This document shows positions 19,184-28,051 of a stretch of 64,000 nt of DNA, piece by piece. Numbering within the stretch: the stretch's first letter is position 1; each line of letters starts with the position of its first letter. Source of the DNA: an uncultured Cellvibrionales bacterium (GTDB taxonomy: Bacteria > Pseudomonadota > Gammaproteobacteria > Pseudomonadales > GM7GCV1); contig CAJXYP010000018.1 in assembly GCA_913063225.1 (NCBI GenBank), forward strand, positions 501 through 64,500, given 5' to 3'. The translations under genes and the position numbers were made by a program. Under the pieces are notes generated by a model. That model searched no databases. It saw only the letters and a list, made by a program, of their open reading frames with translations, and was not told the DNA's origin.

Positions 19184-20239
19184 TTGTTTAAGGATCACTT
19201 GGAAAAATTGACTCGTCTTGACGGCTTGGATATCGCTCGGTTATTGGCGTTTCTGGGTATGGTTATAGTCAACTTCACAATTGTAATGGGTGCTGAAAGT
19301 GGTGAAGGCACGCTAGGCCTTTTAATCAGTGTACTTCAAGGTAAAGCTGCGGCATCTTTCGTGGTTTTAGCTGGTATTGGATTGGGCTTAGCCGCCCGAA
19401 GACCCATGCCAGGCTTGCGGAGTATCACCCTCAAGCGTGCAGCCTTTCTACTTATCATCGGGTTGTTAAATTCTCTAATATTCGATGCGGACATTCTTCA
19501 CTATTACGCGTTATATTTTTTAGTTGGAATTGTTTGCATAGGTTTATCCGGTCGATTGCTTCTATTTTCTGTCGGTCTGGTAAATCTTACATTTCTACTG
19601 ATGCTATTCCTTTTCAACTATGACTTAGGCTGGAACTGGGAAGCCTATCAGTACGTCGGTTTTTGGACGCCCGACGGCTTTATTCGTAATCTATTTTTTA
19701 ATGGCTGGCATCCAGTATTCCCTTGGAGTGGTTTTTTTCTATTTGGTATATGGCTGAGCAGATGTGACCTTGCAGAGCGATCTATCCAATCTAAATTGAT
19801 TTGGTACGGTTTGCTTGTTCTTGTCACTACGGAATTATTGTCTAATATTGTTGTTGCGCAACTTGCAGGACAGCCAGATCTTCTGGCGTTGTTCGGCACG
19901 ACCCCAATTCCACCGGTACCTCTCTACAGTATTGCGGGCATAGCTTTTGCTTCAGTTCTCATTGGTATGTGCCTACGTTGTTCCAATTGGTTAGCATCTC
20001 GAAAAATAGCGGCGTTTATACTGCCTGCTGGTCGACAGACTCTTACGCTTTATATTGCTCATATCTATCTAGGTATGGGGTGCCTCGAAGCTTTGGGATT
20101 ACTGGGAAATCAAACACTTGAATCAGCGTTAATAGCTTCAGCTATATTCTTCGTTGCATCAGTAATATGCGCTTGGTTATGGAGCAAAAAATTTAGACGT
20201 GGGCCCGTTGAAATGCTTATGCGGGGCTTAGCAGGTTAA
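19184..20239 (+). CDS. DUF418/DUF1624 (YeiB-like) integral membrane protein
   Basis: 351 aa; N-terminal LTRLDGLDIARLLAFLGMVIVNF is the typical family signature; multi-TM. Confidence 0.7.
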   Translation: MFKDHLEKLTRLDGLDIARLLAFLGMVIVNFTIVMGAESGEGTLGLLISVLQGKAAASFVVLAGIGLGLAARRPMPGLRSITLKRAAFLLIIGLLNSLIFDADILHYYALYFLVGIVCIGLSGRLLLFSVGLVNLTFLLMLFLFNYDLGWNWEAYQYVGFWTPDGFIRNLFFNGWHPVFPWSGFFLFGIWLSRCDLAERSIQSKLIWYGLLVLVTTELLSNIVVAQLAGQPDLLALFGTTPIPPVPLYSIAGIAFASVLIGMCLRCSNWLASRKIAAFILPAGRQTLTLYIAHIYLGMGCLEALGLLGNQTLESALIASAIFFVASVICAWLWSKKFRRGPVEMLMRGLAG

Positions 20240-20280
20240 AGCTCTTTTTAAGAAACAGCTTTAGTTTTAAACCATTAGTA

Positions 20281-20418
20281 TGTTTATTCACGAGAACACA
20301 TGAGAACGTATGAAAACTTATACCGAAGATTTGGCGATCACGTAAGCAACTCAATTACTTGATAAAGCCGAAGAAATAAGTCAGATTCAAAATCTTCTTG
20401 TCGGTGGGTAGTCCCTGG
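20281..20418 (+). repeat. tRNA-Phe 3'-half-like repeat, copy R5 (long form, more diverged)
   Basis: …cacgagaacacatgagaacgtatgaaaacttataccg…cacgtaagcaactcaattactt…cagATTCAAAATCTTCTTGTCGGTGGGTAGTCC. Confidence 0.72.
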
Positions 20419-20557
20419 GAATCCTTGCTACCCCAGCGCCACTAAGTATCAGAGCAATAAAAACGGCAAGAACAGCCCAGCCTTGCCACTTGAATGGAAA
20501 CCCCCATCCCCATCCATATCTCTTTTGCGGAAACCAAATATCCTTTTTAGGATTCAT
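20387..20557 (-). pseudogene. Short ORF (56 codons) for the N-terminal part of a small WGWG-motif membrane protein; its reading frame ends inside repeat R5
   Basis: My own translation, not in the ORF track: MNPKKDIWFPQKRYGWGWGFPFKWQGWAVLAVFIALILSGAGVARIPRDYPPTRRF*. An AGGAAAAAG SD lies upstream. The last codons and the stop are encoded by the tRNA-like part of R5. Confidence 0.35.
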
Positions 20558-20615
20558 ATGTCTTTTTCCTGTAAGCAGGCTTCAATGTTATGACGTTTTG
20601 TGCCGAATTACACAG

Positions 20616-21410
20616 CTAGTTAGTAATAGCATTCGCTATCAAACGACCATTCACCTCTTTAAGCTGAATGGGCATCTCGAACAAATCAGATATTTTTTCC
20701 TCGGTTAACAATTCGCTTCGCGTACCCTCGTCTACCAGTTGTCCATCTTTGAGAAAAACGAACCAGTCGATCTCAGGCAAAATTTCCTGCAGATGGTGGG
20801 TTACCAGAACAATTTTCTTGCCGGAAGCAATAAGCATGGACATGGTTTCCATATATTGATGGGTCGCTTTGATATCCAGGCCAGACGTCGGTTCGTCAAG
20901 GATCAGATATTCCGGATCGTGTATCAACGCGCGCGCCAGCAGACATCGTCGTTGTTCTCCAGTCGAAAGTGTCGCAAAGTGATTCTCCGATAAATGGCCC
21001 ATTCCCGCGGATTCGATAGCACTTCCTGCTGCTTCGACCTGCTCAGTGCTGTAGCTCTGGTGAGACCAGGTTGTCAGGCTGGTGTAGAACTGTGAAACAA
21101 CCACGTCAAACACCGAAGAGTTTTTGTGTATTTTCGATTGTAGCTCGTGGGAAACCAGGCCCATTCGCAGGCGCAGCCTGTCCATTTCCCGAGGAGATTG
21201 CCCCAAAACCTTGAAGCTCGAATGCTCATCCGCTGCGGGATAGAGATCTCTGAAAATCAGTTTGAGTAAGGTTGACTTACCCGAGCCGTTGGGCCCGATC
21301 ACCGCACAACTTTGATCTGGCGGCAGTGTCAATGTAAGCCCCGAAAAAACGGCCTTTTTGCCACACTTTACGGTGACATTCTTCATTTCAATCAGTGCGG
21401 TCTTTGCCAT
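20616..21410 (-). CDS. ABC transporter ATP-binding protein (ModF-like, orphan; no adjacent permease or binding protein)
   Basis: Walker A GPNGSGKSTLLKL, signature LSTGEQRRCLLARAL, Walker B YLILDEPTSGLD. Confidence 0.8.
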   Translation of the reverse strand: MAKTALIEMKNVTVKCGKKAVFSGLTLTLPPDQSCAVIGPNGSGKSTLLKLIFRDLYPAADEHSSFKVLGQSPREMDRLRLRMGLVSHELQSKIHKNSSVFDVVVSQFYTSLTTWSHQSYSTEQVEAAGSAIESAGMGHLSENHFATLSTGEQRRCLLARALIHDPEYLILDEPTSGLDIKATHQYMETMSMLIASGKKIVLVTHHLQEILPEIDWFVFLKDGQLVDEGTRSELLTEEKISDLFEMPIQLKEVNGRLIANAITN

Positions 21411-21504
21411 TTAAAACCACTGCTCGTGCGAAAACATATTTTCTCCTGCCTTAACGGCGTTAATAATGGGGGTCGCCATAGTTAGTACAAATTAACGGGA
21501 CCAG

Positions 21505-21560
21505 CGCCCATTTTGTATTGATCTGTGTAAATTGAAAACCCTAGGGTTGGTGGTTATGTT
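21505..21560 (+). repeat. tRNA-Phe 3'-half-like repeat, copy R6 (short form, decayed)
   Basis: ccattttgtattgatctgtgtaaATTGAAAACCCTAGGGTTGGTGGTTATGTT. Confidence 0.5.
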
Positions 21561-21579
21561 TTGGTCGCTGGGTAAATGG

Positions 21580-21774
21580 TCAGTGCCGATGAATACGTCG
21601 TTCTAGCGCTTGATTAATTTCTCGCAGCTCCTGCAGTTCCTCGATTAAGCTCAACGCCAGAGCAATGCCAGCCCAATCGATATCTAAATCAGTATGCAGC
21701 CTAACTGCCTTTCGCGCGGTGCAAACCATGGTCGCAGTGAAGTACCAGTTGCTTGGGTCATCGCCAGAGGGCAC
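21580..21774 (-). pseudogene. cbpM: C-terminal fragment of chaperone modulator CbpM; no cbpA upstream
   Basis: …SNWYFTATMVCTARKAVRLHTDLDIDWAGIALALSLIEELQELREINQALERRI parallels E. coli CbpM …[39 protein letters not shown]…. About 35 N-terminal residues (the HTH part) are missing. Confidence 0.6.
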
Positions 21775-21944
21775 AACGCTAGAGAATTAACGTTGTTCCT
21801 ACCTATACAACGACTATGGTATGCCTGTGTGATATTCGGTCATTGATATGAGTCAAAAATATCTTTGACGAGAGTTCTACTTGCTTCATCGGGCAGTTTT
21901 ATATCACACAAGCAGCTGAAAGCATTAGCAGCGTTAGAATCGGC

Positions 21945-21982
21945 CGGAATTAAAAATCTTCCCGGCATAGTTCGATGTATAT
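21945..21982 (+). repeat. tRNA-Phe 3'-half-like repeat, copy R7 (decayed)
   Basis: ggaATTAAAAATCTTCCCGGCATAGTTCGATGTAT. Both anchor blocks (ATTGAAAATC and GTTCGAT) are present at the right spacing. Confidence 0.45.
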
Positions 21983-22100
21983 CAGGGCTCTGACCTGTTC
22001 ATTCGTTTTATGCAGAGTAATTTTTTGTTAAGCCGCGTTCTGGAATATCGCCATTCCCTATTTCAAGGTTAGAATAAACAAACGTCTTTTGGGGGTTCTT

Positions 22101-22643
22101 ATGCGCTTAATTCAAAATTTTTCTTCGCTGTTGGTGGGGACTATATTTTTACCTTTCTTCGCTTTTGCTGCGAATGTTGAGGTAACACTTATTGATGAAT
22201 TGGATGGCGATCTAAATAGCTACTGCTTAGATATTGTGGGCGGCAAATTGAACGCCAACCCAGAGGGCGGACTGCAAGCGCACACATGCTATAGCTATCA
22301 AGGAGAGCTAGGCGTCGATCAGGCGATGGATTCAGACCTGATAAGTCAGGGCATATTTAAAGTAGTGGGCTTTGATGTCTGTATGACCCAAACAGGCTAT
22401 GTGGACGGTTCGAAGCTGGCTCTTAGCAGCTGTACTGACGCCAGAACTCAACGTTTTCGTTTGAACGGAGATGGCACTATAACGCCATCAGGGTCTCCAG
22501 GGCAGTGTCTAACTGCCGGCGAGGAAACCCTACTGGGCAATAATGGGCAGTCTCGTCATCAAATCAAAAGTTTGACTATCGAATCTTGTGGGGCAGTGGA
22601 TAAAGCATATCAACAATGGCGTACGCGAGAAACTGACGACTGA
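22101..22643 (+). CDS. Secreted ricin-B-type lectin-like protein
   Basis: Signal peptide MRLIQNFSSLLVGTIFLPFFAFAANV. Repeated Cys-containing …CLD…/…QCLTAG… units and a terminal QQW motif fit a beta-trefoil lectin. A GGGGG SD precedes the ATG at 22101. Confidence 0.5.
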   Translation: MRLIQNFSSLLVGTIFLPFFAFAANVEVTLIDELDGDLNSYCLDIVGGKLNANPEGGLQAHTCYSYQGELGVDQAMDSDLISQGIFKVVGFDVCMTQTGYVDGSKLALSSCTDARTQRFRLNGDGTITPSGSPGQCLTAGEETLLGNNGQSRHQIKSLTIESCGAVDKAYQQWRTRETDD

Positions 22644-22664
22644 TCTAATATTGCTTTCGCCATG

Positions 22665-22705
22665 AAGAAAGAAAAACTCGTGGCGCGAGTTCCATTCGAC
22701 GCCAA
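22665..22705 (+). repeat. tRNA-Phe 3'-half-like repeat, copy R8 (decayed; right end of the array)
   Basis: aagaaaGAAAAACTCGTGGCGCGAGTTCCATTCGACGCC compared with tRNA-Phe GAAAATCCCCGTGTCCTTGGTTCGATTCCGAG. Confidence 0.45.
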
Positions 22706-22754
22706 GCTTCTATATTTGCTTAATCGTTCCATATTTCCGATCTCGAGACTAGAA

Positions 22755-22786
22755 AAAGCCCCCTATACAGAAGTATAGAGGGCTTT
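22755..22786. terminator. Hairpin terminator between the convergent lectin-like gene and membrane protein gene
   Basis: aaagccccctatac-agaa-gtatagagggcttt: a 14-bp stem with one mismatch, flanked by an A-run and T-rich sequence. Confidence 0.65.
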
Positions 22787-22829
22787 GTCACAAGCTACAG
22801 GAGGGACTAGCCCTTCCAAATTATTCTAA

Positions 22830-23462
22830 TTAAAGTACGTTAAGCAGAACAACCAATACGGCCGTCAGTCCCAAGCTACAACCGATTACCCCGTTAACGC
22901 TGGTCATTGGTCCTTGCTTGCCAACCAAGCCATTTACTTCCAACGCGATAATGATTGCCAGTACTGCCATTAGTCCGGTTCCGCCAAATCCAGTACCGTA
23001 GCCATGACCCGCATAGTGAGGGCCAGCTAGCATGCCGAATAACATAGGCGCCGAGAATAGTGTGTTAGTCCGAGAAGCCAGCAACGCCTTTGCACCAGCG
23101 GCTGCTTTGTCGCCGCCTTCAACAAGACCTAAGGCGATTTTTTGAGCAGGCCAGATAACCATCCATACATTGGCGGCCATCAAGGTACCCATTGCCGCTC
23201 CCATAAGAATGTAGTCGTTCAGCACAATAGTGATTGTGTACAACAGATACAGGCCAGTGATAAAGGTGAACATTGCGCCCCATCGGAACCACCAGAGCGC
23301 GCTGGGTGCGAGCTTGGCTTTAGCATCCGCTAAGCCCTCTGCGCTTGCTAGCTTAAAGTAGCCGCCTTGCACAAAGTTAAAGTAATAAAGCATACCTATC
23401 CAAACAATCCCAAACAGCACGTGGGTCCAACGGGCTATAAAATTAAGTAGTTCGACGGTCAT
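22830..23462 (-). CDS. Integral membrane protein with a PuuD N-terminal-like signature (function unknown)
   Basis: MTVELLNFIARWTHVLFGIVWIGMLYYFNFVQ…, several TM segments, and an AGGGGA SD before the ATG at 23462. Confidence 0.5.
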   Translation of the reverse strand: MTVELLNFIARWTHVLFGIVWIGMLYYFNFVQGGYFKLASAEGLADAKAKLAPSALWWFRWGAMFTFITGLYLLYTITIVLNDYILMGAAMGTLMAANVWMVIWPAQKIALGLVEGGDKAAAGAKALLASRTNTLFSAPMLFGMLAGPHYAGHGYGTGFGGTGLMAVLAIIIALEVNGLVGKQGPMTSVNGVIGCSLGLTAVLVVLLNVL

Positions 23463-23639
23463 TAGTAAATCCCCTAAATTAAAAAACCTTAGATGATACA
23501 AGTTTATGCAGGTGTAATTGTTGGCGAATCCCAAGGAAATAGCAATTTACAATAGTTTAAGCCCTCTGAGCAGCCGCACAGAAGGCTTAAACGAGAACTC
23601 AAAAACAGGTCTAGCTAATTAATTACCGGCATTGGCTGG

Positions 23640-24056
23640 CTATGGTGCTGGTGTAGTAACGCCGGCACTGAAAACCTCCAGAGTTAATGAGTCTTCCAGA
23701 GCTGTGTAATAGTGATGAACATAGGCAGGAGCCATAAACATCTGGCCAGGGCCGAGTATGTATTCTTTTTCACCGCTAAACGCTTTGATACTGCCTTCAA
23801 GAACAATCACCATTTGCTCAAAAGCGTGGTTATGACTAGGGGTCGAAGTGCCTTCAGCAATGGTCAATTGGCCTACACGTATGCTTGACAAACCGGCTGT
23901 TCTCATTTGTAGACCTTCGCGAAGGTTGCGGGCTTCCATACCGGACAGATCAACTATTTCCATCTTTGGTTCTATCAGTAGCTGTCCCTGTGCAAAACTG
24001 AACTGCGAGCAGGCTAGAAGAATAATGGTAAAAGCTAAGTTGGCTGTGTTTTTCAT
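23640..24056 (-). CDS. Secreted cupin-domain protein
   Basis: Signal peptide MKNTANLAFTIILLACSQFSFAQ. Cupin motifs …PSHNHAFEQMVIVLEG… and …PAYVHHYY…. Confidence 0.7.
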   Translation of the reverse strand: MKNTANLAFTIILLACSQFSFAQGQLLIEPKMEIVDLSGMEARNLREGLQMRTAGLSSIRVGQLTIAEGTSTPSHNHAFEQMVIVLEGSIKAFSGEKEYILGPGQMFMAPAYVHHYYTALEDSLTLEVFSAGVTTPAP

Positions 24057-24199
24057 CGGTATTAAACCCTTATTGATTTGTCACAATGGTAGCGCCATAG
24101 CACTCAAAAAATCGCTTAATCATGGTAAAGATTAATTAATTGGCGATTAGCAGTAAATGAGGGGTTTTTTTTCTAAAAGACTGCTCGAGCAGTAACTTA

Positions 24200-27100
24200 C
24201 TAATCCAATACTGGTCTTAACCAGCGCTCTAAGTCATCCACAGCAATACCTTTGCGGGTAGCCAAGCTGGCAAGCTGGTCTCTACCTATTTTGCCGGTAC
24301 CAAAATAGCGGGACTCCGGGTGAGAGAAGTACCAGCCGCTAACAGCAGCTGCTGGATGCATAGCGTAGTTTTCGGTGAGTTTGCAGCAAAGCGCCGCTTC
24401 GGCATCTAATAGCTGAAATAACGTTCCCTTTTCCGTGTGGTCTGGGCAGGCCGGGTAGCCTGGCGCAGGGCGGATGCCCTGATACTTCTCTGCGATTAGG
24501 TCTTCGTTACTCAGAGATTCATCACTCTGATAGCCCCAGAACTCTCTGCGAACTAGTTTGTGTAGATGTTCTGCGAGTGACTCGGCAAAGCGATCCGCGA
24601 TAGCTTTAATCATTATTGATCTGTAGTCGTCGTGCTCTGCTTCGTATTTGGCTGACAGTTCGTCGGCGCCTTCAATACAAACTACAAAGCCACCAAGGTG
24701 ATCAGCTAGGCCAGATTCTTTCGGCGCAACAAAGTCCGCCAAGCTCTGGAATTTCTTATCGGCATTGCGGTTTTGCTGCTGACGAATATGGTGGAGCAGG
24801 GCGACTTGTTCTGACCGAGAGTCGTCTGCGTAGACCTGAAGGTCATCGTCATCAACTTGGTTTGCAGGCCAAATTCCAAATATGGCTTTTGGTCTAAGCA
24901 GATTTTTCTCTACCACTTCGGTAAGCATTTCTTGCGCATCGGCAAAGAGTGAAGTGGCGGCTTCGCCCACTACTTTATCTTTCAGAATACGCGGGTATTT
25001 TCCTGCTAGCTCCCAAGTAATAAAGAAGGGAGTCCAATCTATGGTGCCAACCAAATCGGTAAGCTCAATGTTATCTATTTTATGCACACCCAATTGCTTA
25101 GGCACCGGCGGCTGGTAGTTAGTCCAGTCGATAACGGGCTTTTTCTTTACGGCTTCTTCGTAGGCCAGCAATGGAACCTTGCGTCTATTGGCTACGCGCT
25201 CGCGCACCTTGACGTACTCATTTTGAATTTCCAGAACATAGGCATCGCGATGCTCTTTGCTAAGTAGCTTAGAGGCGGTTCCCACCGCGCGCGAAGCATC
25301 GGGCACGTAAACCACCTGATTCTTCTTATATTCAGGAGCAATTTTCACCGCCGTGTGTGCTTTTGAAGTGGTAGCGCCACCGATTAAAAGCGGCACCTGA
25401 TAGCCTTGTCGTTCCATCTCGTTCGAAATAGTTACCATCTCGTCCAGAGAGGGAGTTATGAGTCCGCTTAGGCCAATAATGTCGCACTGGGTCGCCTTGG
25501 CTTCTGCCAATATACGCTCGGCCGGAACCATTACGCCGAGGTCGATAACCTCGTAGTTATTGCACTGCAGCACAACGCCCACAATATTTTTACCAATATC
25601 GTGCACGTCGCCTTTAACCGTAGCTAAAAGAATCTTACCGTTGGTTTCGCCGGGCTGTTTAAGCGCCTCGATATAGGGCTCCAAATGGGCCACAGCCTGC
25701 TTCATTACCCGAGCGGATTTCACCACTTGCGGGAGAAACATCTTGCCCTCACCAAACAGGTCACCAACGACATTCATGCCATCCATTAGCGGCCCTTCGA
25801 TTACATCAATGGGTTTTTTCGCTAGTAGGCGCGCTTCTTCGGTATCTTCAACAATAAATGCTGCATTGCCTTTTACCAGTGCATGAGAGAGCCGCTCGGA
25901 TACTGGCAATTCACGCCAGGTTAGATCTTCAACTACTACTTGGCCTTTGCCGTCGCCACGAAATTTAGTGGCGATATCGACCATATGGTCGGTGCCGAGC
26001 TTGCCTTTATTCAGGATTACATCTTCAACCGCTTCTTTGAGTTCGGCAGGCACTTCGTCATAAACCGCGAGTTGTGAGGCATTTACAATGCCCATATTCA
26101 AACCGGCTTTAATCGCGTAGTACAAAAACACCGAGTGAATCGCTTCACGAACCGGATTATTACCGCGGAAGGAAAAGGATACATTTGAAATGCCACCAGA
26201 TATTCCGACGCCGGGCAGGTTGTCGCGTATCCAGCGAGCGCCTTCGATGAAATCCGTGCCGTATGCATTGTGTTCTTCAATACCGGTGGCGACCGCAAAT
26301 ACATTGGGATCAAAAATGATATCCCGCGGATCGTAATCAAGCTCTTTGATTAACAAATTATAGGCCCGCTCACATATTTGCTTACGGCGTTCGAGATTGT
26401 CAGCTTGGCCATCTTCATCAAAAGCCATGACCACAATTGCTGCACCGTAGCGTTGGCAAAGTTTTGCCTGATACAGGAAGATTTCTTCGCCTTCTTTTAA
26501 AGAAATAGAATTAACAATGGGTTTGCCCTGAATGCACTTGAGCCCCGCCTCAATAATCGACCACTTGGAGGAATCGACCATAAAAGGTACTTTGGCAATA
26601 TCTGGCTCAGCAGCGATAAGGTTTAAGAATCGCACCATAGCCGCTTGGCTATCCAACATCGCTTCGTCCATGTTGATATCAATTATCTGAGCTCCGTTCT
26701 CTACCTGTTGTAGAGCAACAGAGATAGCTTTGTCGTAATCCTCGTCGACAATCAGACGCTTAAAGACTGCTGAACCAGTGACATTGCAGCGCTCGCCAAC
26801 ATTCACGAACAAAGAATCTGAGGAAATATTAAAGGGTTCATTACCCGCTAGCCGACAAGCGGGAAGCGGATCGATTGGAGTCCGCGGCTCGTATTCTGCA
26901 ACCGCCTCAGCAATAGCCTTGATATGTTCCGGGGTGGTACCACAGCAACCGCCAATAATATTCAGGAAGCCAGAACCAGCAAACTCCTTGATGATTTCTG
27001 CCATCTCAGCTGGAGTCTGATCGTATTCGCCAAATTCATTTGGCAAACCGGCATTCGGATGCGCGCTAACTGCAGTCTCTGCAATCCGGGATAGTTCTTG

Positions 27101-27874
27101 AACGTAGGGGCGCAGTTGTTCTGCACCCAAAGCACAGTTCAAACCAATAGAAATAGGTTTTGCGTGGCGTACAGAGTTCCAGAATGCTTCGGTAGTTTGA
27201 CCGGTTAGCGTACGGCCACTGGCGTCGGTGATAGTACCGGAGATGGCAACTGGCAGGCGTATTCCTGTGGAGTCAAAGGCCTCTTCACAAGCGAAGATAG
27301 CGGCTTTTGCATTTAGCGTGTCGAAGACCGTCTCGATCATGAGTAGATCTACGTCGCCTTCTATTAAAGCTTCGGCCGCTTCCCGATAATCGACAACCAA
27401 TTCATCGAAGGTGATTTTCCGTGCACCGGGATCGTTTACGTCGGGCGAAATAGAGGCGGTAACGTTTGTAGGCCCTAGAACCCCAGCAACAAAGCGTGGC
27501 TTGTCCGGTGTTTTTGCTGTGTATTCATCGGCTGCTTCGCGGGCGAGTTTGGCTCCGGCCAAATTAAGATCGCGTACCGCATGCTGCAAACTGTAGTCAG
27601 CCTGAGCTATGGCTGTACAGCTAAAGGTGTTTGTCTCAAGAATATCTGCGCCGGCTTCTAGATAAGCAGCGTGAATCTCCCGAATTACATCGGGTCGAGT
27701 AATGGAGAGAAGATCGCTATTGCCCTTTAGGCTACTAGGGTGATCGGCAAATGGTCCGGCACGATAGTCTTCTTCTTGCAGTCCGTAGCGCTGGATCATA
27801 GTACCCATGGCGCCATCCAATATTAGAATGCGTTGGGAGAGTTGATCCGAGATAGAAGCTTTGCGACTTTTCAT
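24200..27874 (-). CDS. metH: Cobalamin-dependent methionine synthase
   Basis: 1224 aa with Hcy-binding, pterin-binding, B12-binding ([11 protein letters not shown]) and AdoMet activation domains. Confidence 0.97.
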   Translation of the reverse strand: MKSRKASISDQLSQRILILDGAMGTMIQRYGLQEEDYRAGPFADHPSSLKGNSDLLSITRPDVIREIHAAYLEAGADILETNTFSCTAIAQADYSLQHAVRDLNLAGAKLAREAADEYTAKTPDKPRFVAGVLGPTNVTASISPDVNDPGARKITFDELVVDYREAAEALIEGDVDLLMIETVFDTLNAKAAIFACEEAFDSTGIRLPVAISGTITDASGRTLTGQTTEAFWNSVRHAKPISIGLNCALGAEQLRPYVQELSRIAETAVSAHPNAGLPNEFGEYDQTPAEMAEIIKEFAGSGFLNIIGGCCGTTPEHIKAIAEAVAEYEPRTPIDPLPACRLAGNEPFNISSDSLFVNVGERCNVTGSAVFKRLIVDEDYDKAISVALQQVENGAQIIDINMDEAMLDSQAAMVRFLNLIAAEPDIAKVPFMVDSSKWSIIEAGLKCIQGKPIVNSISLKEGEEIFLYQAKLCQRYGAAIVVMAFDEDGQADNLERRKQICERAYNLLIKELDYDPRDIIFDPNVFAVATGIEEHNAYGTDFIEGARWIRDNLPGVGISGGISNVSFSFRGNNPVREAIHSVFLYYAIKAGLNMGIVNASQLAVYDEVPAELKEAVEDVILNKGKLGTDHMVDIATKFRGDGKGQVVVEDLTWRELPVSERLSHALVKGNAAFIVEDTEEARLLAKKPIDVIEGPLMDGMNVVGDLFGEGKMFLPQVVKSARVMKQAVAHLEPYIEALKQPGETNGKILLATVKGDVHDIGKNIVGVVLQCNNYEVIDLGVMVPAERILAEAKATQCDIIGLSGLITPSLDEMVTISNEMERQGYQVPLLIGGATTSKAHTAVKIAPEYKKNQVVYVPDASRAVGTASKLLSKEHRDAYVLEIQNEYVKVRERVANRRKVPLLAYEEAVKKKPVIDWTNYQPPVPKQLGVHKIDNIELTDLVGTIDWTPFFITWELAGKYPRILKDKVVGEAATSLFADAQEMLTEVVEKNLLRPKAIFGIWPANQVDDDDLQVYADDSRSEQVALLHHIRQQQNRNADKKFQSLADFVAPKESGLADHLGGFVVCIEGADELSAKYEAEHDDYRSIMIKAIADRFAESLAEHLHKLVRREFWGYQSDESLSNEDLIAEKYQGIRPAPGYPACPDHTEKGTLFQLLDAEAALCCKLTENYAMHPAAAVSGWYFSHPESRYFGTGKIGRDQLASLATRKGIAVDDLERWLRPVLD

Positions 27875-28051
27875 AAAACAATATCAAAATATTTCAATAT
27901 AGATTTTTAATTCTAACAGACTGATTCACAAAAGGCCTAGCTCAGATTCGCAAAGAGTATGAATTTATTGAGGAAATGAGACAGAATTTTAGAACTTTTA
28001 GTATTTTTAGTGTCAATATTGGTTCCTTCAAACTTTTGGTATATTTACGGA

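Noticed and set aside
16741-20418. Chromosomal integron (attC sites) as the explanation for the repeat-bounded cassettes
   Set aside because: I found no RYYYAAC/GTTRRRY core pairs at the repeat ends and no imperfect inverted-repeat attC architecture. There is no intI gene in the window, and the cargo genes lie on both strands. An integron array has the opposite properties.
15395-22705. Whether any of the eight tRNA-Phe-like copies is a functional tRNA gene
   Set aside because: None has a recognisable acceptor stem or D-arm 5' half. Only R2 keeps a plausible T-arm and only R1 a clean anticodon arm. No copy ends in an acceptor 3' strand complementary to any upstream sequence. I therefore called them repeats, not tRNA genes.
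15395-22705. CRISPR array
   Set aside because: The repeats are 40-165 nt, degenerate, and separated by 0.4-1.9 kb of protein-coding DNA. There are no cas genes.
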